DNA of 64,000 nt from Zancudomyces culisetae HAW-14-8 (taxonomy: Eukaryota; Fungi; Kickxellomycota): positions 1,550,001 through 1,614,000 of the forward strand of contig JBNJNM010000012.1 in NCBI GenBank assembly GCA_052426225.1. Direction: 5' to 3'. A program made the translations under genes and the position numbers. This document shows, piece by piece, positions 50,682 through 64,000 of the stretch (position 1 is the stretch's first letter; every line of letters begins with the position of its first letter). The notes beneath the pieces were generated by a model. It had not been told where the DNA came from. It ran no database searches and saw only the letters and a list, made by a program, of their open reading frames with translations.

Positions 50682-52085
50682 TTATGATTTGGACAAACCC
50701 TCAGCAGCCTCGTTTGCAGCCTCTTTTGCAGCATCATCTTTCCTCTTTTGTTCAAGCTCTGAAGTTGTCTTATCCTCCAAATTTCTCAGTTCCTCCATTG
50801 TCATTCCGTACCACTCATCAGTTTCGGAATACAATCTACGGTGGAACTGCACCATCAGCGCCCGCATCATTTTGTGTATCATTGTTTCAACAGCACCCTG
50901 CAGTCCAAACCATATAAACTCCGCAGTTACCAACTTGTAGCATGTCATTACAGGCTCACATGTCTTTCTCCATTCGGAACCGGTTAGTGGACCTCTTCCT
51001 GTCTTTTCTGATTTGTACAGCTTTGGATCTTCTTCTTTTACGTAGGGATTGTTGTCCAGGCCGGAATCGAGTGTAATATCGACATTATCTATTTTTCTAA
51101 TTTTTAGGATCTCTGGCGCTACATTCAATGCCTACAATTTTTCGTTTTTTTATTATTAGTATACTCTCATCCACATTCCTCCTCTTTCTCCAAACCATTT
51201 TCATAAATGTGATATTCAAGATTGCTATTGATATTAATGGTAAACCTACATTTTCTGTTTCTCCTCGATCAGGCAAATGCATGGATTCTGTAATGATCTT
51301 GAACTTTTTACCCATGAATGGATTCTATTACAACATGTTAGAATATAGTGGATGATTACAACTTTATCTATTATTTTCTCCAGTGTATATAAAAATACAT
51401 ATTTATACATGGTTTCATGTATACGTGCTTAATGTTCATAAATACAAAATTAATTTATATATAATGCTACAGTGTCAAGCCAAGACTTACAGTAACAACT
51501 ATTTTGTTTTAGATACAATAAATTAATATCACTTTTTTTTTAGTTTTTGCAGCTTTTTAGTTGAACAATTTAAAAAAAGAAAAGAGAAGAAAAGGCAATG
51601 AAACAAGGAATGAAGCAGGGGAAGGGTATAATCATAATATTTACCTGTCTTGCAGTGAGGATATCCATTCCAGGATTCTTCGTGTATCTGAAGTACTGAA
51701 GCTGGTAAAACAGCTCTTACGATCATTGGTACTTTTCTATACGATAAAATTTTGTATTAATGACAAAGCTTCTAATTATTTTTTTTCTGCCTCCTTTACT
51801 ATGATTTTGAATCAATACAGGTAGATTCTAAACAGTTTTCTATTTATTTTTTTCTTAGTAGAATGATAAAATGAAACGAAAGATTTACGATGCGAGGTGA
51901 TAAATCTTGTAGGTGTACTGTCCAGATCCATTTTCGTTTTCGAAAGGCTCGTTTTTGACGACTTCGACACCTTCGCCACCACCAGAGTTGGCAAGAGACA
52001 TTTTGGCAACAGCATAGAGCTGGGCAATTTCGTATTCCTTGACTTCCAAGTTGTTTACGATTCTATACTCTTTTACATAAACCAT
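50682..52085 (-). CDS. Phosphatidylinositol transfer protein (START-like PITP/IP_trans family); exons 52085-51889, 51736-51645, 51498-51491, 51324-51250 and 51131-50682
   Basis: The spliced product has EYRI...EY.IAQLY, GGGEGVEV.KNEPF, GQYT.KIYHL.SKVP, EESWNGYPHCKTVVTNPFM, EDP.LYKS.KTGRGPL, MTCYKLV and FHRR...DEWYGMTME. Confidence 0.92.
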
Positions 52086-53410
52086 AGTTGTTGTTTTTTT
52101 TTTCTTGTTGAAGGGAGTTTACGTGTAATGTATACTTTTTATAAATATATGTTTTTGTTTTTGTTTTTGTTATAGCTTTTCTTGGAGTATATAAACAATA
52201 GCAAAGAGTATATAAAGTAAAGAAGAAAAAAAGTATTTCGAGACGAATAGGACAAGAAATGTTTTTGAAATACTAGGAATGTGTGGGTTATTTTTATTGG
52301 AAATCCTTTTGGCTTTTTTCGGTTTGTTTTGGTTGTTATGAGTGGGATTTTATATTTTGTTTTGAAACTTTTTTTTTTTGGCTACTTGGCTCTTTGGCTA
52401 CTTGGCTACTTGGCTACTTGGCTTTTTAGTTTATGCTCTCATCCATTTCACCCAAGTAAATTTAAATTCCGTTGCCAACAACCATGTATAATTTATTTGT
52501 TTTTGGTTTAACAAGTGTTATTAATTAGCGCAAAGTGTAATATGCATGTACAAAATACAAGTTTATGTGGATGGTAGAAAAGTGCAAGAAGATCTTTTGC
52601 TAGGAGAGCATATGGATTATTTAACAAAAGAGTAAGAAAAACATTTTTTAAAAAAAAACGTTATTGCAACTAGACATTCTATTTGTCACGTTTTTCTAAC
52701 TCCTCTTTCCCCTCCACCCTCCCCCTTCCCCTTCCCCTTAAATGTGGTGTTTAATTTATCATGCTTTTTTTTGTTATTTATATCATTTGTTAATTTCACT
52801 TTTTGTTTACATGTTTAATAACGTATACATTATCATTTGGAAAATGGTGATTGCTTGAAAGAGTATAAAGCGTTGTGTATTATTGGATCAGCATTAAACC
52901 AAGAGTGGTAAATTATAGGCCAGGCCTTTAAAGAAATATATATAAAATAATTAATATGTAATAAGCTTTAATTGTTTCTGTAATAAATTGGAAATTATTA
53001 AAAGAACTATGAGCTCTGGACAAAGACAAATAAATATTTAATTAATAACACAGGCTAGCCAAGCCAAGCCAGGGCTATGTCAAATTAGAGTTAGTGGTGC
53101 AAGGCTAGTTAAGAAGCTGATAAAAAATATAAAGAGCTCTGGATTTATTTATTCCTTTGTTCCCCTCCCCTTAACATCGCCAATAATAAAAAAATTGGTT
53201 AAATGAAATATAGGGGTGGAAAGCCGAGGTCCCTTTCGGTGATAGAATATCATTAACGAGGGAAAAAAAAGTAAATTTGCTCTTGTTTTTGAGACCGTTT
53301 TATAATTTTTAGCAATAGTAATAGAAATAGTAATAGAAATAGATGGAGGGAGTAAGAAAATGAGAGGAGAAGGTTTTTCAGACTTGTAGCATTTTTTTTA
53401 TAGATCTTAA

Positions 53411-53437
53411 AGTGTAGTGTAGTGTAGTGTAGTGTAG
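53411..53437. repeat. (AGTGT)n microsatellite
   Basis: About 5 tandem pentamer units. Confidence 0.85.
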
Positions 53438-54750
53438 CATAATGTATAAAGAAAATTGGCATAGAACAACCATACATTGTACGTCTTTTTGCTTTTATAG
53501 CAGAGGATAACATTTATTTTTATATTTATTGAGATCCATGAAAATAGTTGTGAATCACAATCCGATAGAAAAGTAACTACGATTGTAGGGAACAAGACTA
53601 ATATATTGGATAAGAGAAGATAAGATTAGAGATGGGAGGTGAAGGTGGAGGTGGAGGCGGAGTTTTAATGAGTAAATAGAAATTGTCGTTTCATATATCA
53701 CAGATACCATTAGTAAGTCTTGAAAGGTTTACATGTACTCTTGGTGGATAAGAACAACAAGCAAATGAAGGTGTATTACTTTGTATAAACTGTCATAGCT
53801 GGTTGTTCCCTGATGGAGTTTGATGAAAAATGCTTGTGTAATATATACTTTAGGATAAACAAATATAACCTTTATATATCTACAAAACAAAACAAAACAA
53901 AAAATGGTATGAGTTTTAATTGACTTATTTTTTTTAGTGAAATCAAGATTATAATTCTGATAATAAAAAATAATGATGGTACTAGTGATTTGAAGAAATA
54001 GAAAAGGATGGATTGGATTGAGTTGGATATGTCAAGGAAAAGACACATATATATGTTTATGTATATGTTTATTGTTGTATAACAATGTAAAACGGGTTAG
54101 GAAAAGTGGGAAATAAGGATAGCAATGTAGTTTGAGATTAAAAGAAAGGCTTGAATGTTCAGATGAATCTAAAGCGGATAAATGTATTTGGTAGTGGTTG
54201 GTGATGGAGAAGTGGTTAAGGAAGGGAAAAGAAGGAGCAGGAGGAGCAGGAGCAGGAGGAGGAGGAGTATGGTAAAGAAAGAATAAAAGTGAGAAGAAGG
54301 AATAGCTTCAATTGAAAAAATATAATTGTATGAGCTGTGTGTGATTTTTAATTGTTTAATACAAGAAATAAAGGAAAAAAATAGAAAAAAATGTAGCTAT
54401 AAAAACAATTTAATAAAAATAGCAAGAAAATTAGTCAGGTTAATTGAGGATAACAAATCAAAAAATAACAACATTAAATACCAAGTATTCAAAAAAAAAA
54501 ATAAATAAAAAGTGTAGAAATGGGAGAGAAGAGAGAAAAGGAAATTGAAATTGAAAATGAAAATGAAAATGAAAAAATTAATTATGTAAACGTAAATGTA
54601 AATGTAAATGTAAATAAAAGATATAATAGGAACAAAGAGACAAGATTAAAGAATTGTAAAAAGCAACTTGGACCAGGGCATATAAATAATAGTGTAAAAA
54701 TACAAAGGAAAAGAAAAGAAAAAGATAAACGGAGTTTGGAACAGTAAAAG

Positions 54751-57649
54751 ATGGTAAGTTTATTAAAAACAACTTTTAATTAAAAGAGCAAATTAAAACA
54801 AGAATATGGGTATATTAATAAATAGGGAGTTAAGCTAGACATAAAGGTAAGAAGGATAAAGTAAAAGATGAGAATGGAGAGAGAAGACTTTTTTACAAAA
54901 GAGTGAGAAATAGATTAGAAAGAAGAAAGAAGTAAAAAGTAAAAAGTAAAAAAAAAGATACAACTTAAACGAAACGGAATTAAATTAAATGAAATGAAAT
55001 AGAGAAAGGTACTTTCTCGTACAGAGAGAGTGAAGAGTGTAGATATGCACCCAACAGAACCATGGCTCTTGGCATCATTATATGATGGAAAAGTGTTTGT
55101 ATGGAATTACGAGACACAAGTAAGTAAAGAAGGGATAAAATAAATGAAATGATATAAATAAAGTGCAATAAAGAGTTTAAACTAAAAAAAAATGGGGATA
55201 TGGTTTGTCGGGGTGGAAAAAATAGAGTCAAATAAAGACATTTGAGGTGAGCGAATTGCCAGTAAGAGCAGCCAAGTTTATAGCACGAAAGAATTGGATA
55301 GTTACAGGGGCAGATGATTTGCAGATAAGGGTATACAACTACAACACACAGGAGAAGGTGGTAGGGTTTGATGCACATCAGGACTATATTCGAGCAATAG
55401 CGGTGCATCCTACGCAGCCATATGTGTTGACAGGGTCAGATGACATGTCAATCAAGCTGTGGGACTGGGAAAAGAAGTGGCGGTGTGTGATGCAGTTTGA
55501 GGGGCACGGGTATTTTGTGATGAGTTTGGCGATAAATCCAAAGGATCCAAACACGTTTGCATCGGGTAGTTTGGACAAGACGATCAAGGTGTGGAATTTA
55601 GGGAGTTCAATGGCGAATTTCACGTTGGAAGGGCACGAGAAGGGAGTAAATGCGGTGGAATACTACCGGGGCAATGACAAGCCGTATTTGATAAGTGGGG
55701 CGGATGATTTCAGTGTGCGGGTGTGGGACTACCAAAACAACACGTGCGTACAGAAGCTGACAGGGCATGTACAAAATGTGATTAGTGTCGGATTTCATCC
55801 AACAATGCCGATAATATATTCAGGTAGTGAGGATGGTACGCTAAAGTTGTGGAACAGCAATACGTACCGACAAGAGACAACGCTGAGTTATGGGCTGGGG
55901 CGGATATGGGCGGTGAGTGGGAAGGGAGAGGGGAATTTGGTGGCAATTGGGGCGGATGACGGAGTTGTGGTGGTGAGTCTGGGCAACGACCAGGCGGTGG
56001 TGAGCATGGATGGGAGCGGGCGAGTGGTGTGGGCAAAGAACAATGAGATCCAGACAACAACGATTAAGCAGCATAGCAAGGATGGAGAGCGTCTGGGGCT
56101 TACGACAAAGGATTTGGGGCCATGCGAGGTGTATCCAACGACGATTCGACACTCGCCCAACGGACGGTTTGTGGCGGTATGTGGAGACGGCGAGTATATA
56201 ATATATACAGCGTTGGCGTGGCGCAACAAGACGTTTGGCAATGCACTGGAGTTTGTGTGGGCACAGAATTCGGCAAACTATGCGGTGCGAGAGTCGGCAC
56301 AAACGATCAAGCTATTTGCACAGTTTAAGCAGCAGCGCGAGTTGGGATTGGGATATTCAGCAGAGGAAATGTTTGGAGGGACGTTGTTGGGAGTGCGGAG
56401 TGCAGGCGATACGTTGAATCTGTATGATTGGGACAGTGGGAGTCTGGTTAGGCGAATTGATGTGGCTGCAATTGGCGTGTATTGGTCAGATAGCGATTTG
56501 GTGGCAGTTGCAACTAGCGATTCGTTTTATGTGCTCAAGTACAATCGGGCAGCTGTTGTTGGTGCAAACATAACAGACGAAGGTGTTGAAGATGCTATTG
56601 AGTTTGTGGTGGAGATTCAGGAACGTATAGTGTCAGCAACGTGGATAGGAGGGTGTTTGATATATACAAATGCAGCCAACCGCTTGAACTATCTTGTTGG
56701 CGGCCAGTGCTTTACCATTGCTCATTTTGCAAACCCTATGCAGCTGCTGGGATATATTTCCCGCAACAATTGTGTTTATTTGGTAGATAAAGACTATGGT
56801 GTAGTTGGATATTCGTTGCCATTGGCCATGATTGAATACCAAACTGCGATTTTGCGTCGCGATCTTGAGTCTGCTGCGTCTCTGCTTCCTGATGTTCCTT
56901 CCGAAATGCGCCCACGACTGGCTCGCTTTTTGGAGGCCGAGGACCTCAAGGATCTTGCACTGTTGGTTACAACAGATCGCGAACATAAATTTGATTTGGC
57001 CATCCAGTTGCAGCATCTTGACATTGCGCGGTCGTTGGCTGAGGAGACAGGATCGGCAGCCAAGTGGAGAGCAGTTGCGGATTGTGCAATGGGAATGTAT
57101 GCGTATTCCGAGGCAGAGGAGTGTTTGTACAAGGCGCGTGACTATGCCAGTTTGTTGATGTTTTATTCAGCCAATTCCAGCCAATCAGGACTGGAGAGAC
57201 TATTGGCAGAATTGGAGCAAGCACAAACACAAGCCAATCAACATCCAAACATTATGATAACAGTGTTGTTGTTGCTTCATAAGACTGACCGAGTGTTAGA
57301 GTTGTTATTGGAATCACGGCGGTATGCGGAGGCAGCGTTATTTGCGCGTAGTTATGTACCAGACCAAGTAGTACGGGTTGTTGGAATATGGAAACAAGCG
57401 TATGCAGGTGATTCAGTTTCTGGTACAAACAAGGGTTTTAATGCGAAAAAGAGTGCGTTGATTAATGCGTTGGCAGCACCTACTCCAGATTATATTAATT
57501 TGTTTCCTCAATTTGCCTCTAGTCTTGAATTACAAAAACCAACAACAACAACAACTACTACTACTGATGTTGATGTTGATGTTGATCTTAATGTTGAATC
57601 AGCTCAATCATCACCACAACTTTTATCACCACAACCAATCGAGGAATAA
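54751..57649 (+). CDS. SEC27: Coatomer subunit beta'; exons 54751-54753, 54826-54846, 55003-55119 and 55226-57649
   Basis: Spliced N-terminus [29 protein letters not shown]...; WD40 repeats; [27 protein letters not shown]. Confidence 0.95.
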
Positions 57650-57702
57650 TTACTAATATTCAATTCCATTTTTTAAAATCACATTTTATTCATATATTCA
57701 TA

Positions 57703-57733
<31 letters not shown>

Positions 57734-57760
57734 TTAATCAAATAAATATTTAAAAAAAAA

Positions 57761-60478
57761 TCAAGAAGAATTCCTTGTCAGCATTATAAACCTCTCCAAA
57801 CAACTACCTCCATACGTAGTATACTCATCCGAAGTAGCCAACTCGGCACGCTCTCCATTCGCCAACAACACCGGCGTCTTGTGGGTCTGGAACCCAGCCA
57901 GTGTCTTTGGTTTCCCAGCCTGGCCAACCGCATCAACCGACTGTCCAACTCGCACATTGACGCCATTCACCACCTCAACCTGATCATTCTCTTCATCATA
58001 CACACACGTGATCAAGAACCGAGGCGCCATAGCCCGTGCTAGATAAAACAGCAAGTAGTGGTGCGACTTCAACAGCAAGGCCTGTCCAGGAACTGTGCTG
58101 GCCACCAACGGAACCAACAACGCTGCCACAGCAACCGGCGACACCAACGACCGATCCAACAAGTGTGGCGAAAGCGTCATTGTACCCTTGGCCATATGCA
58201 GCAACCCCTGTGCAATCCTAACCATAAACAAACAGTCTGGCTGCTTGTAGTAATATCCCACCAGCTGCCGCAGCATCTGTGCCAACCGCGCATTGTTCGT
58301 GCCAGCGCCAACATATCCCATCGCCAATATCGCATTCATCGCTATCTCACTGTCGCTGTCGTGTGAATACTTGCTCAGTGTCTCCAAAATATGCACCTGC
58401 GGATCCGACACATACAACAGCCCGATTGCCAACGGCACTGCCCGCTTCACCACTGCTTCTCCATAATGCATAATATGCTCAAATCCTCTCAATGCCATTG
58501 CTGTTCCTATTGGCTCTGCCATACTCACCAGCGCTATTCCCAACACTGCAAAACTCAAATGCATATGGTCCTCTCCCTCGCTTGGATGCTCTCCCACAAT
58601 CTTCAACAACTGCTGTATCTGCAACACATTGCCGCTGCCTGCATGCGCACACATCTGCACCATCACACTGGCCTGTGCTCCTATTATCTGGTTGTCCAAC
58701 GCCTGCAGTGTTTCCAGCGTCATTTCGCTTTCTTCCTGTCTTCCATAATACAACAGTCCCAATCCCAACCCCAAAAACCGTGCATATGGCTTCCCTAAAT
58801 CGCTATCTGATCGCTCCATAATCGCCTGCAGAATCGTCGATGCCACATCTCCGTTGCTGCTTCCCAAACATACCATCCCCGCTGAAAGCCCCGCAAGCGA
58901 TGCCAACTCCATACTCACCCCCATATCTCCTATATACTGCACCAGCATCTCCGCCACATCCTCTCGATTGCTGCCTGCATACGATATTCCCAACCCCATA
59001 ATCGCCGCTGCCTTCAACTCGCTCGCTGCTCCACTATCCGCCAAATATTCACTCAACACCGCCTTGGCTGTGTCTGTCTCGTCTCGGATTCCTGCTGTAA
59101 ACAACCCAATTCCCAACACTGCTCCTGCCTTAATATACGGCTCGCTCGTATACAAATACTTGTCTATCATTCCCAACCCCTTCTCCACATCCCACATCAT
59201 CACCAACCCTAACGACGCCACCGCACTCATCATCCCACTGTCTCGGTTCTTGTAGATCCACTCTACCCCGCTTGTCACCAACTTGTCGTTACAAAACCCT
59301 GCATTCACAAACCCATTCACAAACGTCGACGCCAAATTGTGTCGCGCACTGTCCAGTGTTGGCCCTGCTCGGCTGCTATTGTTGTCCATATTGCTCTTGT
59401 ATATATCCTCTGGTACCTTTGGCTCCTCCAAATTCAGCTCCTTCGCCATCTCCAAAAACCGACTAGACAACTTACTATTCGACATACACTCACTAACCAA
59501 CTCATCACTTTGCCCTATCTCCTCAATATACTTTTGGTACTGCGCCAACATAAAACTCAGCTGTATCTGCTCCCCTTTGCTCTCTGCCCTTTTGAAATCC
59601 TCCACCATCTTCTCCTCATCCCCCAACCGCATACTCACCTCCAAACTCTGCGCTGCTCTCCCATACTTGTTGTACAGCTGCCGTGCCATCTCCAAAAACC
59701 TCCGATCCATTGGTGACGGCATCAATGGCGAACATCCCACCAAATACTTGCTGGTCCGCTCATAGTTATCGCTATCTGCCACCTCCTCCACCGCCTCTAT
59801 CTCCTCCAACTCTGCTAATAAATCTACCCCCTCGGCCTCGGCATTGTGTGCAAACAAATACTGCACTACCCTTCTGACCAACCCTTCATGCTTCTCCTCT
59901 CCTCCGCTCTCTCGGTATCCATCTCCAAGCTCCAACGCCAAATGTCGCACATACTCATGTCCCCAATCAAACTCCTCCTCTCCTGACCCTGCCTCAACTC
60001 GGTACTTCAAACACTCTCGCTCCCCCTCTCGTGCATACGTCATCCCCAACAACGACAGTATATCCGCCATTTGCTTCTTCAGCTCTCCTGCTTCTCGTCC
60101 TTCATATATCTTCTTTAACGTCTCGTAGTGTCCTCGTAGATATTTTAGTGGCTTTGGTACTGACGTCAAAGACCCTGTAGACGTTTTTAACATCCCCCTC
60201 AATTGATTCTGTGCCAGCTTGGCTACTCCCTCATCTCCTCCTGTTTCTTTTAATCTCTCTACTATCAACTCAATCTCTTCTATTAGTTTCTGATCTTCCT
60301 CTGACTATTTTTCATTTTATTATTTTACTCTTTTACTCTTAATCCTTTACTCTATTTTTATTATTCTACTTAAATCTGTACTTACAATCTCTTCCTCCTT
60401 CTTATTTTTGTCTACCTTTGCTGTTGCTTGTTTGTCCCCGCCCACTTTGCTCTCCTCCATGTTGGAATTGTTTGTCAT
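57761..60478 (-). CDS. RPN1: 26S proteasome regulatory subunit Rpn1/PSMD2; exons 60478-60386 and 60304-57761
   Basis: TSTGSLTSVPKPLKYLR, WGHEYVRHLA, KVPEDIYKS, NLASTFVNGFVNAGF, AGTNNARLAQMLRQL and VRVGQSVDAVGQAGKPK...GFQTH.TPVLL motifs. The intron GTAAGT...TAG joins EEI|SEEDQKL. Confidence 0.95.
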
Positions 60479-61556
60479 CTTGTATCTTTTACGCTCTTAT
60501 CTTGTACTTATTGTATTCTTATTTACTTTATTATTTTACCTGTATGCTATTTTTAAATCTTTTCTCTCTCTTTGTATATTTACACAATCTCTTTTTTTTT
60601 TTTTGTAAACTTTTATTAAATTTATTTTTGTTTATTATTTTTATTATTATTATTGCTAATATTTTAGCGCTGTAAATTTCAATTTCAATTTCAATTTCAT
60701 ACGTAATCATATTTCTTTTTCTGTTTTGCTTTTTTTACCACATAATTACAATGTAGCTATTTAAATAAACTTTTTTATTTTATTAAAAACAAACAAACAA
60801 ATAGCACAACTCCATCTCCTCATACTCTACTACAATTAAACTCTATATATACCAACTAACAACACGAGTAATATAATCAAACTCTAGACCAGCTTTTTAT
60901 TTTATATTTCCATAAATCATATAATTATCTGTATATCTGTATATCTATTACCAAGTTAAGATTTGCTTACAACTTTGAGTATTTCTAGAGATTTATCAAA
61001 AATAACTGAAAATAATGTCTAGACAAAAAAGCAAAAAGGGTTCTAGAACCTAATATTATGCTGCTACTACTACAGAATTTTCTTTTTTTTTTGTTTAATG
61101 ATCATTATGGTATAATAGATACGTTAGGACTGCGAACTGAGTCTTGTTCTTGTTTTTGAACCGTATCATTATTACATTACAATTCAATATATATTTGAAT
61201 TCTTCTCGTAAACTCCCCCTCCCCTCTCCTCCCCTTTCTTTCTTTCTTCCTCCTTGTTTTCTCCCTCTAATAACTCGTTATTTTTTGTTTTAACTCTATA
61301 GTTTCAAAAGAATCCATTCATCCCACCACTACAAAGTTACTACAAGATTCAACACCACACCCCTTTTTCTCCTTCTCCTTCTCCTTCTCCTTCTCCTATC
61401 CTACTTGATTACAATATACCTTTTAAGAATTATACTCCCTTCTATAACACACACTCATCCTCTTTCTTTACCAACGCTCCAACTCGTTTTTATTTTTCAA
61501 CCTGTATATATTATTTGAACAATGTTTTTACGTTTTATTGATACCAGTCTTATGAT

Positions 61557-61590
61557 TCTATACTCTATACTCTATACTCTATACTCTATA
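61557..61590. repeat. (TCTATAC)n heptamer repeat
   Basis: About 5 tandem units. Confidence 0.85.
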
Positions 61591-62839
61591 ATTTTTTTTT
61601 ATAGTATCAGAAATACTGTAAAGTAGTAATACCCAATTAACATCTAGTAAACGTCTTTCTTGTATCTACAGGTTTTTCTCTTTTTTAAGTTTATAAAGCC
61701 TTGATAACAAACCTTTCGTCATCAATACAAAACTTGAGTATAGCATTTGATTCTATTAATCGTTATCACGGTAGAATTCATCAGATGACGATTCTATTCA
61801 TCAAAGAATATACTCATCCGATCTATCTAATATAATAAGAAAAAATAATACAATAGCATCAACACCAACAACACCAATAATAACAAGTTTTAGTTGTCTG
61901 ACTTTTATACCTGATGTTTTATTTTCAAAAGTATTATTAACACACATTCTTTATTCTTTTCTTCATCCTCCTTGTGAACCTGTAAGTTAATAATATATAT
62001 TACCAATCTTTTAATATGACTATAATAATTCTTACTCACTCCAAATTGACATATTTATATTTTCTATTAATATCACCCATTCCATATTTCTTCCCTTCTC
62101 TCCTCTCTTCTTTTTAGCACCATTTCTTTTCTCCTTTTCTTTACTACTGATCTCTCCTCAATACAATGATCTTATCGATTAAAAATCGATACTATGTTGC
62201 AATTTGTGTACACTAGTAAATTCCACAACAACCACGATTACACCCAGCTCTTAATGGTATTACATAAATTAATTGTCTTAGTATACAATCAATATAGCGC
62301 CACATTTTTTCAATTTAACTTTTAGCTTTTTTTTTTTGAATACATCATAATTGGCAGCGATGATAAATCGTACGATACATTTATACAAAGAGATGAATAG
62401 AGAAGAGATAAAGGATACTTGTTCGGTTAATATAACCTGTTCCATTTGTTAACACCTTACACAAAACCTAGGGTATTTGAGCTTAATTGAAGTGCAGAAA
62501 TTTTGATTTTCATTAAAAAGTCAGGTGCTCAAAATACGTTATTCTCGGTAATTGCATTATTGATTTAATCATCCAAACCTGGCTAACTTGTCTAACTTTA
62601 ACTTTTCATTTTAACCCCCCGCCCACCTCACCTCAAAAAAAAATTAATAAAATTCTACTTGATCGATATGAAATCATATCGACGAGGAGAGAAGGGATGC
62701 TAAGAAGAGAGAGAGAGAAGAAGGGTGTTGATAAGATCAATTTGGAAAAGCAATAGTGTATTTTCTTTCCAATAGGGTATTAAAGATACATTCGAATTCC
62801 TCTCTCTTTCTCCCGCAACTTTCCAACTTTCCACCTTTT

Positions 62840-63035
62840 CAACTCTCAACTCTTGACTCTCAACTCCCAACTCTCAACTCCCAACTCTCAACTCCCAACT
62901 CTCAACTCCCAACTCTCAACTCCCAACTCTCAACTCCCAACTCTCAACTCCCAACTCTCAACTCCCAACTCTCAACTCCCAACTCTCAACTCCCAACTCC
63001 CAACTCTCAACTCCCAACTCCCAACTCTCAACTCT
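62840..63035. repeat. Heptamer minisatellite (CAACTCT/CAACTCC), mostly alternating as a 14-bp unit
   Basis: About 28 heptamers are directly visible. Confidence 0.92.
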
Positions 63036-64000
63036 CCTCCGCCGCTCTCTCTACTTCTCCACCCATCTACATTTCCCGTTTTATCGATAACGGTGAGTCC
63101 AAATATACATTTACAGGCCTTTTTAAATAACTTTGGCCAAATAATAAATTTTACCCACCTTTTCAAAGTTGATTTATTACTTTAAGCTCAAAGCTTGAGT
63201 GAGTTGATCATTAATTAATAACCAATTTGACACTTTTGCTGGAAATCACCACAACCACCAATCGTTTTCTTATTTATGCGCAGGATGGGATGAAGGAAGG
63301 TGTTCGGAAATAAATAAAACAGAGTAGTTTAACAAGTCAGGGGGTATCAGAATTGAGTGGTGGTAATGACAATGACAATGGTAATGGTAATGGTGGTGGC
63401 CACCAACAAATAATCAAATGCTTTTCTAATATACTAAACCGGTTTTTTTTTCTTTTGTTGAGGTATTTGCGCTTATTTGTGCCATTATTTGCAAATACAA
63501 AAACTATCCCGATTTGGAATATACAAAACCAACCCGAAGCCCACATTTCTCACCCCCATCCCCATTCCCCAATTTCCTTTTATTATTTTGCATTTAATGT
63601 TATTTATATAAGGTGGTTATTGGGTTATTTTGGTACATTTAGCTTGTGAAAAAATAAATTTGGTTAACAGGGCATTTACTATATTATCCCGTAAAAATGT
63701 ATTTGGTACATTATAGTGTCACCCATCCCATATATCCCGTTTTTTTTTCGTTTTCGGGATTGACGGAACCACTAAATGCTCGGTTTATCTGAATGAACCA
63801 GTTTAATAACTGTATATGCTAAATACTTTTTGTACCACTCTATCCTTTTTTTCTATTTCAAATCGGAATTGTTATACAAAACGCATTATTTTTATTCCGG
63901 GGAAAACTCTAATTCAAGCGATTTTGCTAAAACTAAAACGTGCCATTTTCATTATAATTTGCGATACGAAAGAAGTAAGAAGGACTGACAGCAAGTTGAG

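Noticed and set aside
62756-63185. ORFs encoding (NSQLPTL/NSQLSTP)n
   Set aside because: Non-ATG starts; they are simply translations of the heptamer array in several frames.

Overview
Eukaryotic (fungal) genomic DNA with short GT-AG introns. Gene content (animal-type PITP, expanded GDSL/SGNH lipases, F-box-like+ankyrin protein, DIRS element) suggests an early-diverging fungus, possibly a Harpellales insect-gut fungus; this is inference, not verified. There are three compositional zones. (1) About 1-9.5 kb is very AT-rich and holds the 3' end of a decayed DIRS (tyrosine-recombinase) retroelement, a secreted Tyr/Lys/Asp heptad-repeat protein and two inverted decayed paralogous ORF fragments. 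(2) About 9.5-17 kb and 39-64 kb are housekeeping blocks with strong coding-strand purine skew: CCX-type Ca2+/cation exchanger, PFK2/FBPase2, EF-hand mitochondrial carrier, TRM9-like methyltransferase, ARG5,6, MEX67, PITP, SEC27 and RPN1. Most sit in tight tail-to-tail pairs, and two pairs overlap in their coding sequences. (3) About 18-38.5 kb is an accessory, secretome-rich island with three GDSL lipases (two GPI-tailed, one that lost its tail), a 1083-aa F-box-like/ankyrin protein, and a cluster of five members (3 intact, 2 pseudogenes absent as full ORFs from the ORF track) of an unrecognised ~150-aa secreted protein family. The top candidates for novelty are that small secreted family and its island, the Tyr/Lys heptad-repeat secreted protein, and the overlapping convergent genes whose synonymous base skew appears to flip near the 3' end. 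All alignments were made by eye and no database searches were run.
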